Assembly (NCBI RefSeq): GCF_001194135.2
Contig: NC_068995.1
Coordinates: forward strand, 4,611,436-4,647,935
Reading direction: 5' to 3'
Length of the DNA: 36,500 nt
Source: Octopus bimaculoides
Taxonomy: Eukaryota
How positions within the stretch are numbered: the first letter of the stretch is position 1; each line of letters opens with the position of its first letter. Made by a program: the position numbers and the translations under genes. This document shows, piece by piece, positions 1 to 11,559 of the stretch. Below the pieces are notes generated by a model. The model saw only the letters and a program-made list of their open reading frames with translations, made no database searches and was not told the DNA's origin.

Positions 1-59
<59 letters not shown>

Positions 60-73
60 GAGAGAAAGAGAGA
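1..73. repeat. (AG)n/(AAAG)n microsatellite
   Basis: Direct reading of tandem units. Confidence 0.95.
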
Positions 74-774
74 AAGATGCGTGTATGTTCATATATATTT
101 TTGCTTTCAAATATTTATGTATAAATGCTGATATAAAAATAGTGTAGAGGAGGGATAGACGAGAAGGAATGCTAATGAATCTTCTTCGCACCGATATTTC
201 TTTGTCTAGAGAAAAATGTCAGTGTCTTCAGGCGAGAAACAAAAGATATTTTTAAAATAAAAATGTAACATTTATAAACACCCAAATCGGAAACACAACA
301 AAAAGCAAAATGGCTCCTACATATATTTACGAGGGACTTACAATGTTTCACCTTCCTCGCCTTTAAGCAACAACATACAAACGTTGATACTCAGTAAAGC
401 TGTGACATTAATGCCGCAGCAAATAAAATGGAAGAAAAATAATATCCGTCTTCTCATCATTTATTCAGCATTCTTTAATTTATAAAAGGTTACCATTTAT
501 AAATAACATCTGTTGAAATGTCGCTTTAAAATGTTTCCGAACTGAAGAAGAGTTTTAAGGAAAAATATGCATAATTCTGTTTAATATCTAGGAAGAAAAG
601 TCTAGATTCTATATTAGTGGTTTTGTTTCATTTGTATTGGAGAGTTCTTTGTTTTATTTGTTTTATTTTTTAGTTTGCTATTTTTATTTTTGTAATATGG
701 GAAAACGGGATATATTTTAGTTGTATATGCGTTTATTTTGGCTTGGCTTATATTTAAGTTCTTAATTTTGTTGG

Positions 775-778
<4 letters not shown>

Positions 779-852
<74 letters not shown>
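779..852. repeat. (GT)n microsatellite abutting a gap
   Basis: Direct reading. Confidence 0.95.
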
Positions 853-1539
853 NNNNNNNNNNNNNNNNNNNNNNNNNNNNNNNNNNNNNNNNNNNNNNNN
901 NNNNNNNNNNNNNNNNNNNNNNNNNNNNNNNNNNNNNNNNNNNNNNNNNNNNNNNNNNNNNNNNNNNNNNNNNNNNNNNNNNNNNNNNNNNNNNNNNNNN
1001 NNNNNNNNNNNNNNNNNNNNNNNNNNNNNNNNNNNNNNNNNNNNNNNNNNNNNNNNNNNNNNNNNNNNNNNNNNNNNNNNNNNNNNNNNNNNNNNNNNNN
1101 NNNNNNNNNNNNNNNNNNNNNNNNNNNNNNNNNNNNNNNNNNNNNNNNNNNNNNNNNNNNNNNNNNNNNNNNNNNNNNNNNNNNNNNNNNNNNNNNNNNN
1201 NNNNNNNNNNNNNNNNNNNNNNNNNNNNNNNNNNNNNNNNNNNNNNNNNNNNNNNNNNNNNNNNNNNNNNNNNNNNNNNNNNNNNNNNNNNNNNNNNNNN
1301 NNNNNNNNNNNNNNNNNNNNNNNNNNNNNNNNNNNNNNNNNNNNNNNNNNNNNNNNNNNNNNNNNNNNNNNNNNNNNNNNNNNNNNNNNNNNNNNNNNNN
1401 NNNNNNNNNNNNNNNNNNNNNNNNNNNNNNNNNNNNNNNNNNNNNNNNNNNNNNNNNNNNNNNNNNNNNNNNNNNNNNNNNNNNNNNNNNNNNNNNNNNN
1501 NNNNNNNNNNNNNNNNNNNNNNNNNNNNNNNNNNNNNNN
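853..1539. other. Assembly gap (N run). Other gaps: 2746-3496, 8812-9147, 14875-14968, 18589-18863, 19468-19477, 22551-23427, 25002-25641, 27022-27273, 27945-28475, 31484-31745, 32909-32930
   Basis: N runs, mostly flanked by microsatellites, as in short-read assemblies. Confidence 0.99.
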
Positions 1540-1828
1540 CATATAAAATTATAAATTCATTCGGTGAAATAAAAATGATTGTCAAATTAGAATCAGAATT
1601 CCCACACACACATACACATACACTCACCCACATACACATACACATAAACTCACCCACACACACACACATACACATACACTCACCCACACATACATACACA
1701 CATACACACACACATATACATACATATGCATACATGCAGCCATGTGAGTTTCCTATGATGAACATGAAAAACATGTAAAATGTTCCTATGTGGATTTCCT
1801 GGGCCAGACATATACACACATCCACACA

Positions 1829-2040
1829 GGAGGCGCGTGGTTTAGTGGTTAGGAAGTTGGACTCGTGATCGTAAGATTGTGGTTTCGATTCTTGGACTGG
1901 CCGACGCGTTGTGTTCTTGAACAAAACATTTCATTTCACGTTACTCCAGTCCACTCAGCTGGGAAAAATGAGTAATCCTCCGACGGATCGGCGTCCCATC
2001 CAGGTGGGGAATTCATACGCCATGAAACCAGGAAACCGGG
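1829..2040 (+). mobile_element. tRNA-derived SINE, family B (copy 1)
   Basis: A-box-like GTGGTTTAGTGG and B-box-like GTTTCGATTC. Body TTGAACAAAACATTTCATTTCACGTTACTCCAGTCCACTCAGCTG is shared with the copy at 10937. Confidence 0.85.
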
Positions 2041-2584
2041 ATTTATGAGTTGATATACCTCAAGAAGGTAACTTTACCATTTTTTTTAAACATCCACATA
2101 TACATATGGAATGTATGAACAGACATACATAAGAGTGAAGCACAAACACTTGTTTACTAAAGCGAAACGGATATTCACCACATAACTACAAATTATCCAT
2201 GAACACAAACATAGGGGTGAGTTGAGCTGACACCAGCCAATGAGTTCACCACGTCCCTCGTGGTGAACATACATACATACATACGTGTTGAATGTGTGAC
2301 CCTGGGATCTCATAGATTCTGATAAATATTTCTATTCTGGTTTCGTCTTGGTTCTCTAGCTAAGATTGTTAAAAGAGTAACGCACGAACACATATCGTGA
2401 CTGGCAGAATAACATACATAGATATGTATATGTGCGTGCGAGCGCGTGTGTGCGTGCGTGCGTGCGTGTGTGTGCGCGCGCTCTTCATCTGCCATTCAAC
2501 TTTGGTTGTATGGTTGCCGCCTCAACCTAATTTTCAATCTTCTTAATGAGGTTTCTTCATTAATTCTCCCTTTACTAATTTTTA

Positions 2585-2705
2585 TTAAATCTTTCCTTTC
2601 ATCAATCCATCCTCAATTAGAAGAAGCCGTTTAACGTTATCATAGCACCGAGTTCTACAGATGGTTATCTTATCAAACCATTTGCTACATGAAGCACATC
2701 GACTA
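2585..2705 (-). CDS. Candidate Cys-rich terminal exon (xSRCASCSKWFDKITICRTRCYDNVKRLLLIEDGLMKGKI*), unverified
   Basis: Acceptor-like GTTAGTTTCAG| followed by an open phase-2 frame to TAA. No homology recognised and no upstream exon found. Confidence 0.25.
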
Positions 2706-3519
2706 CTGAAACTAACATAGGTTGGAGTAGTAGTAGTAGTAGTAGNNNNNNNNNNNNNNNNNNNNNNNNNNNNNNNNNNNNNNNNNNNNNNNNNNNNNNN
2801 NNNNNNNNNNNNNNNNNNNNNNNNNNNNNNNNNNNNNNNNNNNNNNNNNNNNNNNNNNNNNNNNNNNNNNNNNNNNNNNNNNNNNNNNNNNNNNNNNNNN
2901 NNNNNNNNNNNNNNNNNNNNNNNNNNNNNNNNNNNNNNNNNNNNNNNNNNNNNNNNNNNNNNNNNNNNNNNNNNNNNNNNNNNNNNNNNNNNNNNNNNNN
3001 NNNNNNNNNNNNNNNNNNNNNNNNNNNNNNNNNNNNNNNNNNNNNNNNNNNNNNNNNNNNNNNNNNNNNNNNNNNNNNNNNNNNNNNNNNNNNNNNNNNN
3101 NNNNNNNNNNNNNNNNNNNNNNNNNNNNNNNNNNNNNNNNNNNNNNNNNNNNNNNNNNNNNNNNNNNNNNNNNNNNNNNNNNNNNNNNNNNNNNNNNNNN
3201 NNNNNNNNNNNNNNNNNNNNNNNNNNNNNNNNNNNNNNNNNNNNNNNNNNNNNNNNNNNNNNNNNNNNNNNNNNNNNNNNNNNNNNNNNNNNNNNNNNNN
3301 NNNNNNNNNNNNNNNNNNNNNNNNNNNNNNNNNNNNNNNNNNNNNNNNNNNNNNNNNNNNNNNNNNNNNNNNNNNNNNNNNNNNNNNNNNNNNNNNNNNN
3401 NNNNNNNNNNNNNNNNNNNNNNNNNNNNNNNNNNNNNNNNNNNNNNNNNNNNNNNNNNNNNNNNNNNNNNNNNNNNNNNNNNNNNNNNNNNNNNNNTCTT
3501 CTTCTTGTTTTATTATTAA

Positions 3520-3573
<54 letters not shown>

Positions 3574-4287
3574 CGTTTCATTTTTTCTTTCTGTGTTCTA
3601 TCTCCATATTTCGGTATAACTGGATTTGTTTGTGTTGTTGTTATTTGCCTCATGTAAACACTGTCCATCCAAGTAGGTTATAGATCAAATACATTGAAGC
3701 CAAAATTATCCAGTATTTTTCCGATGCACAGAGCATCAAGAACTGTGTCCGTTTTTTTTTTTAACAGTAGGATAAGATATGAGGAAGATTTGGCTCCTAT
3801 TTCTATCAACCTATCAACCACAGAACAACACCACTGTTATCACTTTGTCGGTTTTTTGTTGGTTTCTTTTTATGTTTATAAAATATAACGGAGATACTTG
3901 ATACTAATCGCGTAGGAAATTGAGTCGTTTTTGTTGCTTATATTGTCGTTGTTGTTGCTTCTGTTGTAGTTGTTGCATTTGTTGGAATTGTGGCTGTGTT
4001 TTGTTGTTCTATTTATTTCAGTTTTCGTTTTTTCCGTTGTAAAATGAAATTTAATAAAATTGCAATCGAATATTTCTAAAGATTAGAAATAAAGATTCGG
4101 AGATTATTAAAAACCAAAATAATCACACACACAAAAAAAAAATGGATAAAAGAAAACAAAACGAAAAACAAAAGTAAAATGTATACTAAAAGAGAAAATG
4201 GAATCAACAGAAATATAGTAACAATGACAACAATAAAACTGCTTTATAACAAAAACAAAAATAACAATTATTATTATTATCATTAAA

Positions 4288-4420
<133 letters not shown>

Positions 4421-4789
4421 ACATTTTTTGTTTCTTTGTGAAGCGCTATTACGTCCCCTTGGAAATTCATTGGCTGCTCATTAACGTTAAAAATTGATAG
4501 TTTCTAATTAAGAAAAGCTAAACGATATCAGTAAGAATTTTCTGAACCAAGAGCCTATTTTATTCGAATTGAATTATGAAATAAAGAAGAAAGAAAAGAA
4601 TCGAAAAAATTATATTTCCGCCATGTTGTACCGTAAAATTAGCAGCGAAATAAATTTTTGATCCTATTTAGATTCCCTGTAGAAACAGTTTCACTTCAAT
4701 TACGTCAGTAAAAACTCATGGGAAAGATATTTATTCAGATCAAATCCAGTTTTTGATCTTTTATATTATTTAATACTAAACTTATTATT

Positions 4790-4869
4790 GGCAGAATCTG
4801 AAACTAGCTGGGTAAAAATGGCGTGCGTTATTTATTGGGTGTACTTGACGTTATGCTTTCAATTCTGCC
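4790..4869 (+). mobile_element. Highly degenerate SINE family A head
   Basis: GGCAGAATC...GGGTAAAAATG...ACGTT...TTCAATTCTGCC is collinear with the copies at 7464 and 13080. Confidence 0.5.
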
Positions 4870-4927
4870 CTATAAAGGGTTTTTAAGAGCGATTTATGAT
4901 TAACAAGGATTAAACATACAGTGATCG

Positions 4928-5062
4928 ATGTCACTGTATGGTTAAGAAGTTCGTTATGCAACCATGTGGTTTCGGGTTCAGTCCCACTGCGCGGCACTTT
5001 GGATAAGTGCCTTCTACTATAGACCCGGGCCTTGTGAATGTACATTGTCCATGGAAACTGAA

Positions 5063-5111
<49 letters not shown>

Positions 5112-5343
5112 GTGTGTGTGCAAGAGTGTGTTTTATTGTGTTTGGGATTGTCCGCACCACTGCTTGATAACCGGTGTTGGTTTGTTTGCTTCTCCGTAAT
5201 TTAGCGTTTACGCAAAAGAGACTAACAGAACAAGTACTAGGCTTAAAAATAATTACTGGGTTCGACTTGTTTGACTAAAACCTGTCAAAGCAGTGCCCCA
5301 GCATGGCCACAGTCCAATGACTGAAGCAAGTAAAAGAAGTAAA
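4928..5343 (+). mobile_element. tRNA-derived SINE, family C, near full length, with internal (GT)n
   Basis: B-box GGGTTCAGTCCC then CACTGCGCGGCACTTTGGATAAGTGCCTTCTACTATAG; tail GTGCCCCAGCATGGCCACAG. Matches copies at 7239, 26398 and 33730. Confidence 0.85.
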
Positions 5344-5430
5344 GTTAAAAAATTCCTACCAAGGAGACACCAAATATGGCACCCGTGTCTTACAACAGTT
5401 CGTGAATCGTCTAAACCAGACTCAGTAAGT

Positions 5431-6057
5431 TTAAGGAATGCTCCACCCAATTTCTCTGGGAAGTAAAGGCCTCAAGCACTTCTTCCATAGGATCCTATCA
5501 GATGCAACAGTCATTACACTTTCCGGATGGTTTCCCAAGCAGGACCAACTAAGACTATGGATATTGTCCAACTATTCCTTTCTTGGTCTACCCCTAGGTC
5601 TACTGCCGGTTGACTCGGCGTGGAGAATCCGTTTTCGGATTCTTTCCTGCGACATTCTAATCCCATGTCCATAGTACCAGTGCTGTCACCTCTCAGCGTA
5701 GAGGGGTAACACCTTGACCTGTAGAGAGGTAACACCTTGACCAGGCGAGGCACCCTGACCTTCGAGCTACGCAACCTTGTCGGGTAACATTACTCCGGAG
5801 GTCCTTCAGAAGACCCCTATTTTGGCCTCTTGTATTCGTGATCATACTCTTTTGGTCATTAACCAAAATTGATGATAATAACAGAGAATGAGCATGAAAA
5901 CCGAATTGAGGATCGAATGCAGGATCTGGTACCTTATTGTCCCAGCACCTGCAATTCTAGCATCAAATTCTAGCATCCATTCCAGCTCCCTGCTTCCCGT
6001 CACAAGTATTTAATTTTAATTGAACAGACACCGTTTGCAGATACGCAAAGGTATTAA
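5431..6057 (-). mobile_element. Decayed RTE-clade LINE (Rex3/Expander-like), 3' part of ORF2
   Basis: Hand translation with stops and frameshifts: KIKYL...LNSVFMLILCYYHQFWLMTKRV*SRIQEAKIGVF*RTSGV...WYYGHGIRMSQERIRKRILHAESTGSRPRGRPRKE*LDNIHSLSWSCLG...VASDRILWKKCL. This matches the RTE post-RT pattern (PILTYG, SRIQAAEM, RWYGH, GKRPRGRPR, DR.W). Confidence 0.85.
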
Positions 6058-6300
6058 CTGTTATACTCCTGGCTGTGATATTATATGTGAGTATTTTCAA
6101 TTCTCAGCGACAATCTGAATTCACTTCTCGAATCAAGATCAGTTGCGCAAAGAGAATTGTTTCCATAGTTTCAAAAACGCTGTAGATTTCTTCTTTTTTA
6201 AAAGTAAAAATAACAGGACGAGTTGAAAACTGAATTAAACAGCCAGCAGGAAAACAGTAGCGTAAGAAGTAACGGTTGCGATTTGGATTAAACAGAACAG

Positions 6301-6336
6301 ATAGACAGACAGAGGGAAAGAGAAAGACAGACAGAC

Positions 6337-6410
<74 letters not shown>
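6301..6410. repeat. (AGAC)n/(GATA)n microsatellite
   Basis: Direct reading. Confidence 0.95.
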
Positions 6411-6411
<1 letters not shown>

Positions 6412-6768
6412 ATGGCATGCTGATGGATGAACAAAGTTAGAGGCAGACAGATAGAAAAGCAGAGAGGCAGACAATAGATCATTAGAATTTGATTGATCCC
6501 TAATTTGGAAATGTCAACAAATTTATCGTATCTTGGAACCCAGGCAATGACTGCTAATCAATCAACGCTGACTTCACCATATATACAACCACAAGCATGC
6601 ATACACACATACGCACACGCAACATAACACACGCGCGCATGCGCACAACACACACCTCATACACACACACACACACACAAATTCATAAAATACACACACG
6701 TCACAGATCACGCAACACGTAAAAACCTACAAACGATTTAACATAAGCCATACACACCACTCGTATAT

Positions 6769-6832
<64 letters not shown>

Positions 6833-7238
6833 GAAACTGTACATACACACACACAGACTTACATTCTTATTCATACGCTCACACACAAACCTACACACAC
6901 ACACACACACACACACACACTCAAACACTCGCGCATGATCAAACTGCAAGGCATGCACCACGCCCCGTCGTCATCACTACCGTTACTTTATCGTTATCCC
7001 ATAGAACAGCACTTCTGCCACCACCATCATCATCATCATCGTCATCATCATTTTCATTGTCATCACCACTTCTGCCGCCACCTTCACCTTCATCATTAAC
7101 ATCATCATGAATATCATCATCATCATCATCGTCATTAGAGTTGCCTGGAGCTAAACAACAAAGTGATAGCCAACGTAAGAAAGAAAGAAAGAAAGAAAGA
7201 AGGAAAGAAAGAAATAAAGAAGGAAAGAAAGAAAGAAA

Positions 7239-7343
7239 GGAGGTGTGGCTGTGTGCTAAGACGCTTGCTTTCCAACTACACAGTTCTGGGTTCAGTCCCA
7301 CTGCGTGGTACTTTGGACAAGTGTCTTCTACAATAGCCTCGAC
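7239..7343 (+). mobile_element. SINE family C, 5' part
   Basis: GGAGGTGTGGCTGTGTGCTAAG...GGGTTCAGTCCCACTGCGTGGTACTTTGGACAAGTGTCTTCTAC. Confidence 0.85.
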
Positions 7344-7418
7344 ACATAAGCAAAATTGTATGATTTAAACATATTCAGCCTTTCATCTTCCTCTCTAGGC
7401 TCTTTTTCTTTTCTATTA

Positions 7419-7459
<41 letters not shown>

Positions 7460-7463
7460 GATA

Positions 7464-7670
7464 AGGCGGTGAGCTGGCAGAATCGCCGGGTAAAATGCTT
7501 AGCGGTACCTCGGCCACCTTCGCGTTGCGAGTTCAAATTCCGCCGAGGTCGACTTTGCATTTCGTCCCTTCGGGATCGAGAAATGATGTACCAGTGAAAC
7601 ACTGGGGCCGATGTAATCAACTAATCCCCTCCCCACCAAATTTCAGGCCTTGTCCTTTTAGTAGAAAGAA
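7464..7670 (+). mobile_element. tRNA-derived SINE, family A, with (TTA)n on both sides
   Basis: AGGCGGTGAGCTGGCAGAATC; B-box GAGTTCAAATTCC; GCCGAGGTCGACTTTGC nearly identical to the 13080 copy. Confidence 0.9.
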
Positions 7671-7776
7671 TGATGATGACGATGATTATTATTATTATTA
7701 TTATTATTGTTCAGTAGTTTTATTTTTATAACGTGCTTTCACTTCACTACCGAGCGCAGCTCTGTGTGCCTTGGGT

Positions 7777-7865
7777 ATTATTATTATTACTATTATTATT
7801 ATTATTATCATCATCATCATCATCATGATTATTATTATTGTTATTTTTACTATTATTACTATTAC

Positions 7866-7907
<42 letters not shown>
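7777..7907. repeat. Compound (TTA)n/(CAT)n microsatellite
   Basis: Direct reading. Confidence 0.9.
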
Positions 7908-8254
7908 GTTTCTAATGACAGTATCGACAAAATATTCTTAATGTCCTTTATATCTCTCAAGTTAATGATTGGCTGTTAGTTTAACAAGATGTTAGATATT
8001 AGTCTGCAAGAAATACAGAAGATATAAAAGGCTAAGACGTTGAATTGGTCATCATCTTTTCCACGGAATTCCGTTCAGATGGCAGCTGCTTTCAATCACG
8101 AAGTGTCATAGGAGAACGACAAGTAAAACTAAACAAACATGTACCGTTGGATTGACGAGAAATTTGTGAACGTAAATCAAAAGTCTACTTTCTTCTAACA
8201 CAGTATCGTGAAATTACTATCACAGTCGCCGTTGTCATCATCAACATCATGTGC

Positions 8255-8294
<40 letters not shown>

Positions 8295-8570
8295 GTGAGC
8301 CAAGGCAAACAAATTATAAAGATTCACCAGCCGAAGCACAAGAGTCTGAATATCATGTAAAAAGAATATTATCTTTCTATTTGTGGGTTAAAGAGCCACA
8401 TCTTTGTACACAAAGTTAATTTCATGATTCTGCATTACCTCGAAATGAGAAGAGACATTTATATGATTGTTTTGGAAAAAGCTGTCGACCATCAGCTTAG
8501 CTATCAATAATAATTATGGTTTTATAAAGGCCATTATCACTGAATCGACTTTCATTTTCCATGTGAGTAT

Positions 8571-8670
<100 letters not shown>

Positions 8671-8720
8671 TAAAGTAATGAGGACAGGCAAACAAGTAGG
8701 CAAAGTAGGACACGAACTTG

Positions 8721-8811
8721 TAATTAAATTTAATTAAATGTAAATTTAATGTAAATTTAATGTAAATTTAATTAAATGTAAATTTAATGTAAATTTAATT
8801 AAATGTAAATT
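8721..8811. repeat. AT-rich minisatellite, core AATGTAAATTT with interspersed AATTAA variants, running into a gap
   Basis: Direct reading. Confidence 0.85.
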
Positions 8812-9265
8812 NNNNNNNNNNNNNNNNNNNNNNNNNNNNNNNNNNNNNNNNNNNNNNNNNNNNNNNNNNNNNNNNNNNNNNNNNNNNNNNNNNNNNNNNN
8901 NNNNNNNNNNNNNNNNNNNNNNNNNNNNNNNNNNNNNNNNNNNNNNNNNNNNNNNNNNNNNNNNNNNNNNNNNNNNNNNNNNNNNNNNNNNNNNNNNNNN
9001 NNNNNNNNNNNNNNNNNNNNNNNNNNNNNNNNNNNNNNNNNNNNNNNNNNNNNNNNNNNNNNNNNNNNNNNNNNNNNNNNNNNNNNNNNNNNNNNNNNNN
9101 NNNNNNNNNNNNNNNNNNNNNNNNNNNNNNNNNNNNNNNNNNNNNNNAAAAACCATTCTACAGAAATCCAAATAAATAACAGGACATGTCGTTTTGAAAA
9201 CTGTGTCCGTCATCAGGTGGTGTAAGAAAAAGGAATCCTACTGTAACCGACAGTATAAGGATATG

Positions 9266-9300
<35 letters not shown>

Positions 9301-9304
9301 AATA

Positions 9305-9498
9305 TACCGGAGTAAGCACATAAATGTGCAACAAGGTGGGAAAAAGAGTACTCAAATACCAGAGGTTGAGTAATATGCTTTATTTAAAAGCAGCAGAAAT
9401 ATAACAAAAAAACTGTTACTCGGAGTTTCACGTTCCCGTTCATCGGACAGTTTTGATGAACGGGAACGTGAAACTCCGAGTAAAAGTTTTTTGTTATA
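9305..9498 (-). mobile_element. Probable Penelope-like element pseudo-LTR remnant with inverted duplication
   Basis: Contains a minimal hammerhead with AATAAA shortly downstream on the minus strand, plus an inverted partial copy. Confidence 0.6.
9409..9454 (-). ncRNA. Minimal type-I hammerhead ribozyme with variant core CCGAUGA
   Basis: 5'-AAAACUGU CCGAUGA ACG-GGAA-CGU GAAA CUCCGAGU A^ACAGUUUU-3': 8-bp stem I, 3-bp stem II, quasi-palindromic stem III, GUA cleavage triplet. Confidence 0.75.
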
Positions 9499-9519
9499 CA
9501 TAGATATATACATACATAT

Positions 9520-9537
9520 ACAGATAGATAGATAGAC

Positions 9538-9580
<43 letters not shown>

Positions 9581-9581
9581 C

Positions 9582-9634
<53 letters not shown>

Positions 9635-9717
9635 TGTATATGCATGTGTGTATGTATGTATATATATATGTGTGTGTGTGTGCGTGTATACAAACACGCA
9701 TATAAGGAGAGAGGGAT

Positions 9718-9770
<53 letters not shown>

Positions 9771-9778
9771 GCGAGAGA
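9520..9778. repeat. Compound (GATA)n/(GT)n/(GACA)n microsatellite
   Basis: Direct reading. Confidence 0.9.
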
Positions 9779-10268
9779 GACAGACGAAGTTATGACAGAT
9801 GGATTCTTGTCTCCACGTAGAAAATTTCTTATTTATATGTAAAGTTCTTCATAATTTATTTATATTCTTACATTCAGAATCTCGTGAACACCGAGCTAAA
9901 ATGTGATATATTTCTATTTTAGGCGTTCCTACAAGATTATCAGTCGTTTGGTACTTCCATTGTTCTGCAGGTTGAATATGTCTGAGAAATACTCTTTTCA
10001 AAAACCTATATTGAAATTGTTTAAAAGTTTGGTTAAGAAAACTGCTGGATATTCACACATAGTTTTGTAGGAGCTAAAGAATATCTACAGTATATATACA
10101 CTTAACATGGTGTAATCGCTAATGAGGTCGCGTGTATTTACCTGGAAGTCATTTTAATACGAAAGATTATATATTGCCTTACTTATGATTGTTGGAGATA
10201 ACACGAAACCCAAAGGTCCAATAATTGCTTACATATATATAATACGAAATATATATGTATATATTATT

Positions 10269-10340
<72 letters not shown>

Positions 10341-10671
10341 TATATATGTTATATACATATTTACATATACATATATATACGCCCATACACGCATTCATAT
10401 GTGTGTGTGATGTGTGTGTTAGGTGTGTGTGTATGTGTCTTTGTGTGTGTATGTATGTGTGTATGCCAAACACAACTTGAGATCAAAAAAAGATATAATG
10501 TATGTGTTGGTTGAATTTCCGATAAGTAGAATGTTCAAAAGAGTTTAGAAGATAAAAGATTAATTCAAAGTGAACGAAGTCTGGGGCGGTTCTACAGTAA
10601 CCTTGAAAATATAAGGTGCTTAGTTCGAACCGTCTATGTGAATTAACTATCATTATTTATATAACATAGAC

Positions 10672-10880
10672 TGTGGGTTGGCAGAATCTTTAGCACGCCA
10701 GGCGAAATGCTTATTGGCATTTCGTGCCTTTACGTTCTGAGTTCAAATCCCGCCGAGATCTACATTGCATTTTATTCTATCCAGGCTGATAAAAGAAGCA
10801 CCATTAAAGCATTGGGGTTCGACCTTATCAGTTTAGCTCCTCCTCGAAACTGCTGGCCTTGTGCCAAAATTCGAAACCAT
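10672..10880 (+). mobile_element. SINE family A, diverged
   Basis: TTGGCAGAATCTTTAGCACGCCAGGCGAAATGC...GTTCTGAGTTCAAATCCCGCCGAG. Confidence 0.8.
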
Positions 10881-10936
10881 TATATGTATAACATAGATGT
10901 ATTTGCTTTATAGTAAGGCTATATACAAATACAAGT

Positions 10937-11200
10937 GGACACGCGTCGCTTAATGGTTAGGTTATACGGCTCGCGATCGCAAGGTCGTTAGTTCGATTCC
11001 CAGCGACGCGTTGTGTCCTTGAGCAAGACACTTTATTTCACGTTACTCCAGTCCATTTAGCTGCCAAAGGTGAAATGTACTTGTGTCTCAAAAAGGCCAG
11101 CCTTGTCACAATCTGTGTCACACTGAATCTCTGAGAACTACGTTAAGGGCACACGTGCCTGTGGAATGCTTAACCACATGCACGTTAATTTCATGAGCAG
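10937..11200 (+). mobile_element. SINE family B (copy 2) with a different 3' tail
   Basis: B-box GTTCGATTCC; GCGACGCGTTGTGTCCTTGAGCAAGACACTTTATTTCACGTTACTCCAGTCCA shared with the copy at 1829. Confidence 0.85.
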
Positions 11201-11387
11201 AACTCTCGCACAAATGCACGCTGCACGGTCTTGTTCGACTGTGTTCGAGCATACTCCAACACACAAAACGCCTTTTCTCTTCCAGTGAATGCCATTTCTA
11301 TACCTGAAAAGATAAACATATCAAACATTAAACATAACATTTTGACCTGTTTCTACACATGCTATTAAAATTTGAAGTAATAGTTCG

Positions 11388-11474
11388 AAACCTTACGATC
11401 GTCTCGGAGAATGCGTTTGTATAGGGCGAATTTTCCAGCCAATACAAATAGTTGCATTTCCTCATCAGAGATAC
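11388..11474 (-). ncRNA. Hammerhead ribozyme copy with long stem II and mutated GAAA (GAGA), probably inactive
   Basis: AUCU CUGAUGA GGAAAUGC...GCAUUCUCC GAGAC GAUC GUA^AGGU; stem III is the perfect palindrome ACGAUCGU. Confidence 0.65.
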
Positions 11475-11559
11475 AAAAAAATCGATTAAAATAGTTTAAA
11501 ATTTTGATAAAGTTTAAAATATCAAATTTTTAAACTATTTTAATCGATTTTTTTTTTGT

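Noticed and set aside
1829-1900. tRNA-like heads of the SINEs
   Set aside because: They are not tRNA genes: no complete cloverleaf, and they continue into SINE bodies.
4816-4884. Signal-peptide-like mini-ORF MACVIYWVYLTLCFQFCPIKGF with a YY1-like AAAATGGCG
   Set aside because: It lies within a degenerate SINE A head and has no usable splice donor.
9176-9220. Minus-strand CUGAUGA with nearby palindrome GACATGTC
   Set aside because: No GAAA, stem II does not close, and stem I does not pair.
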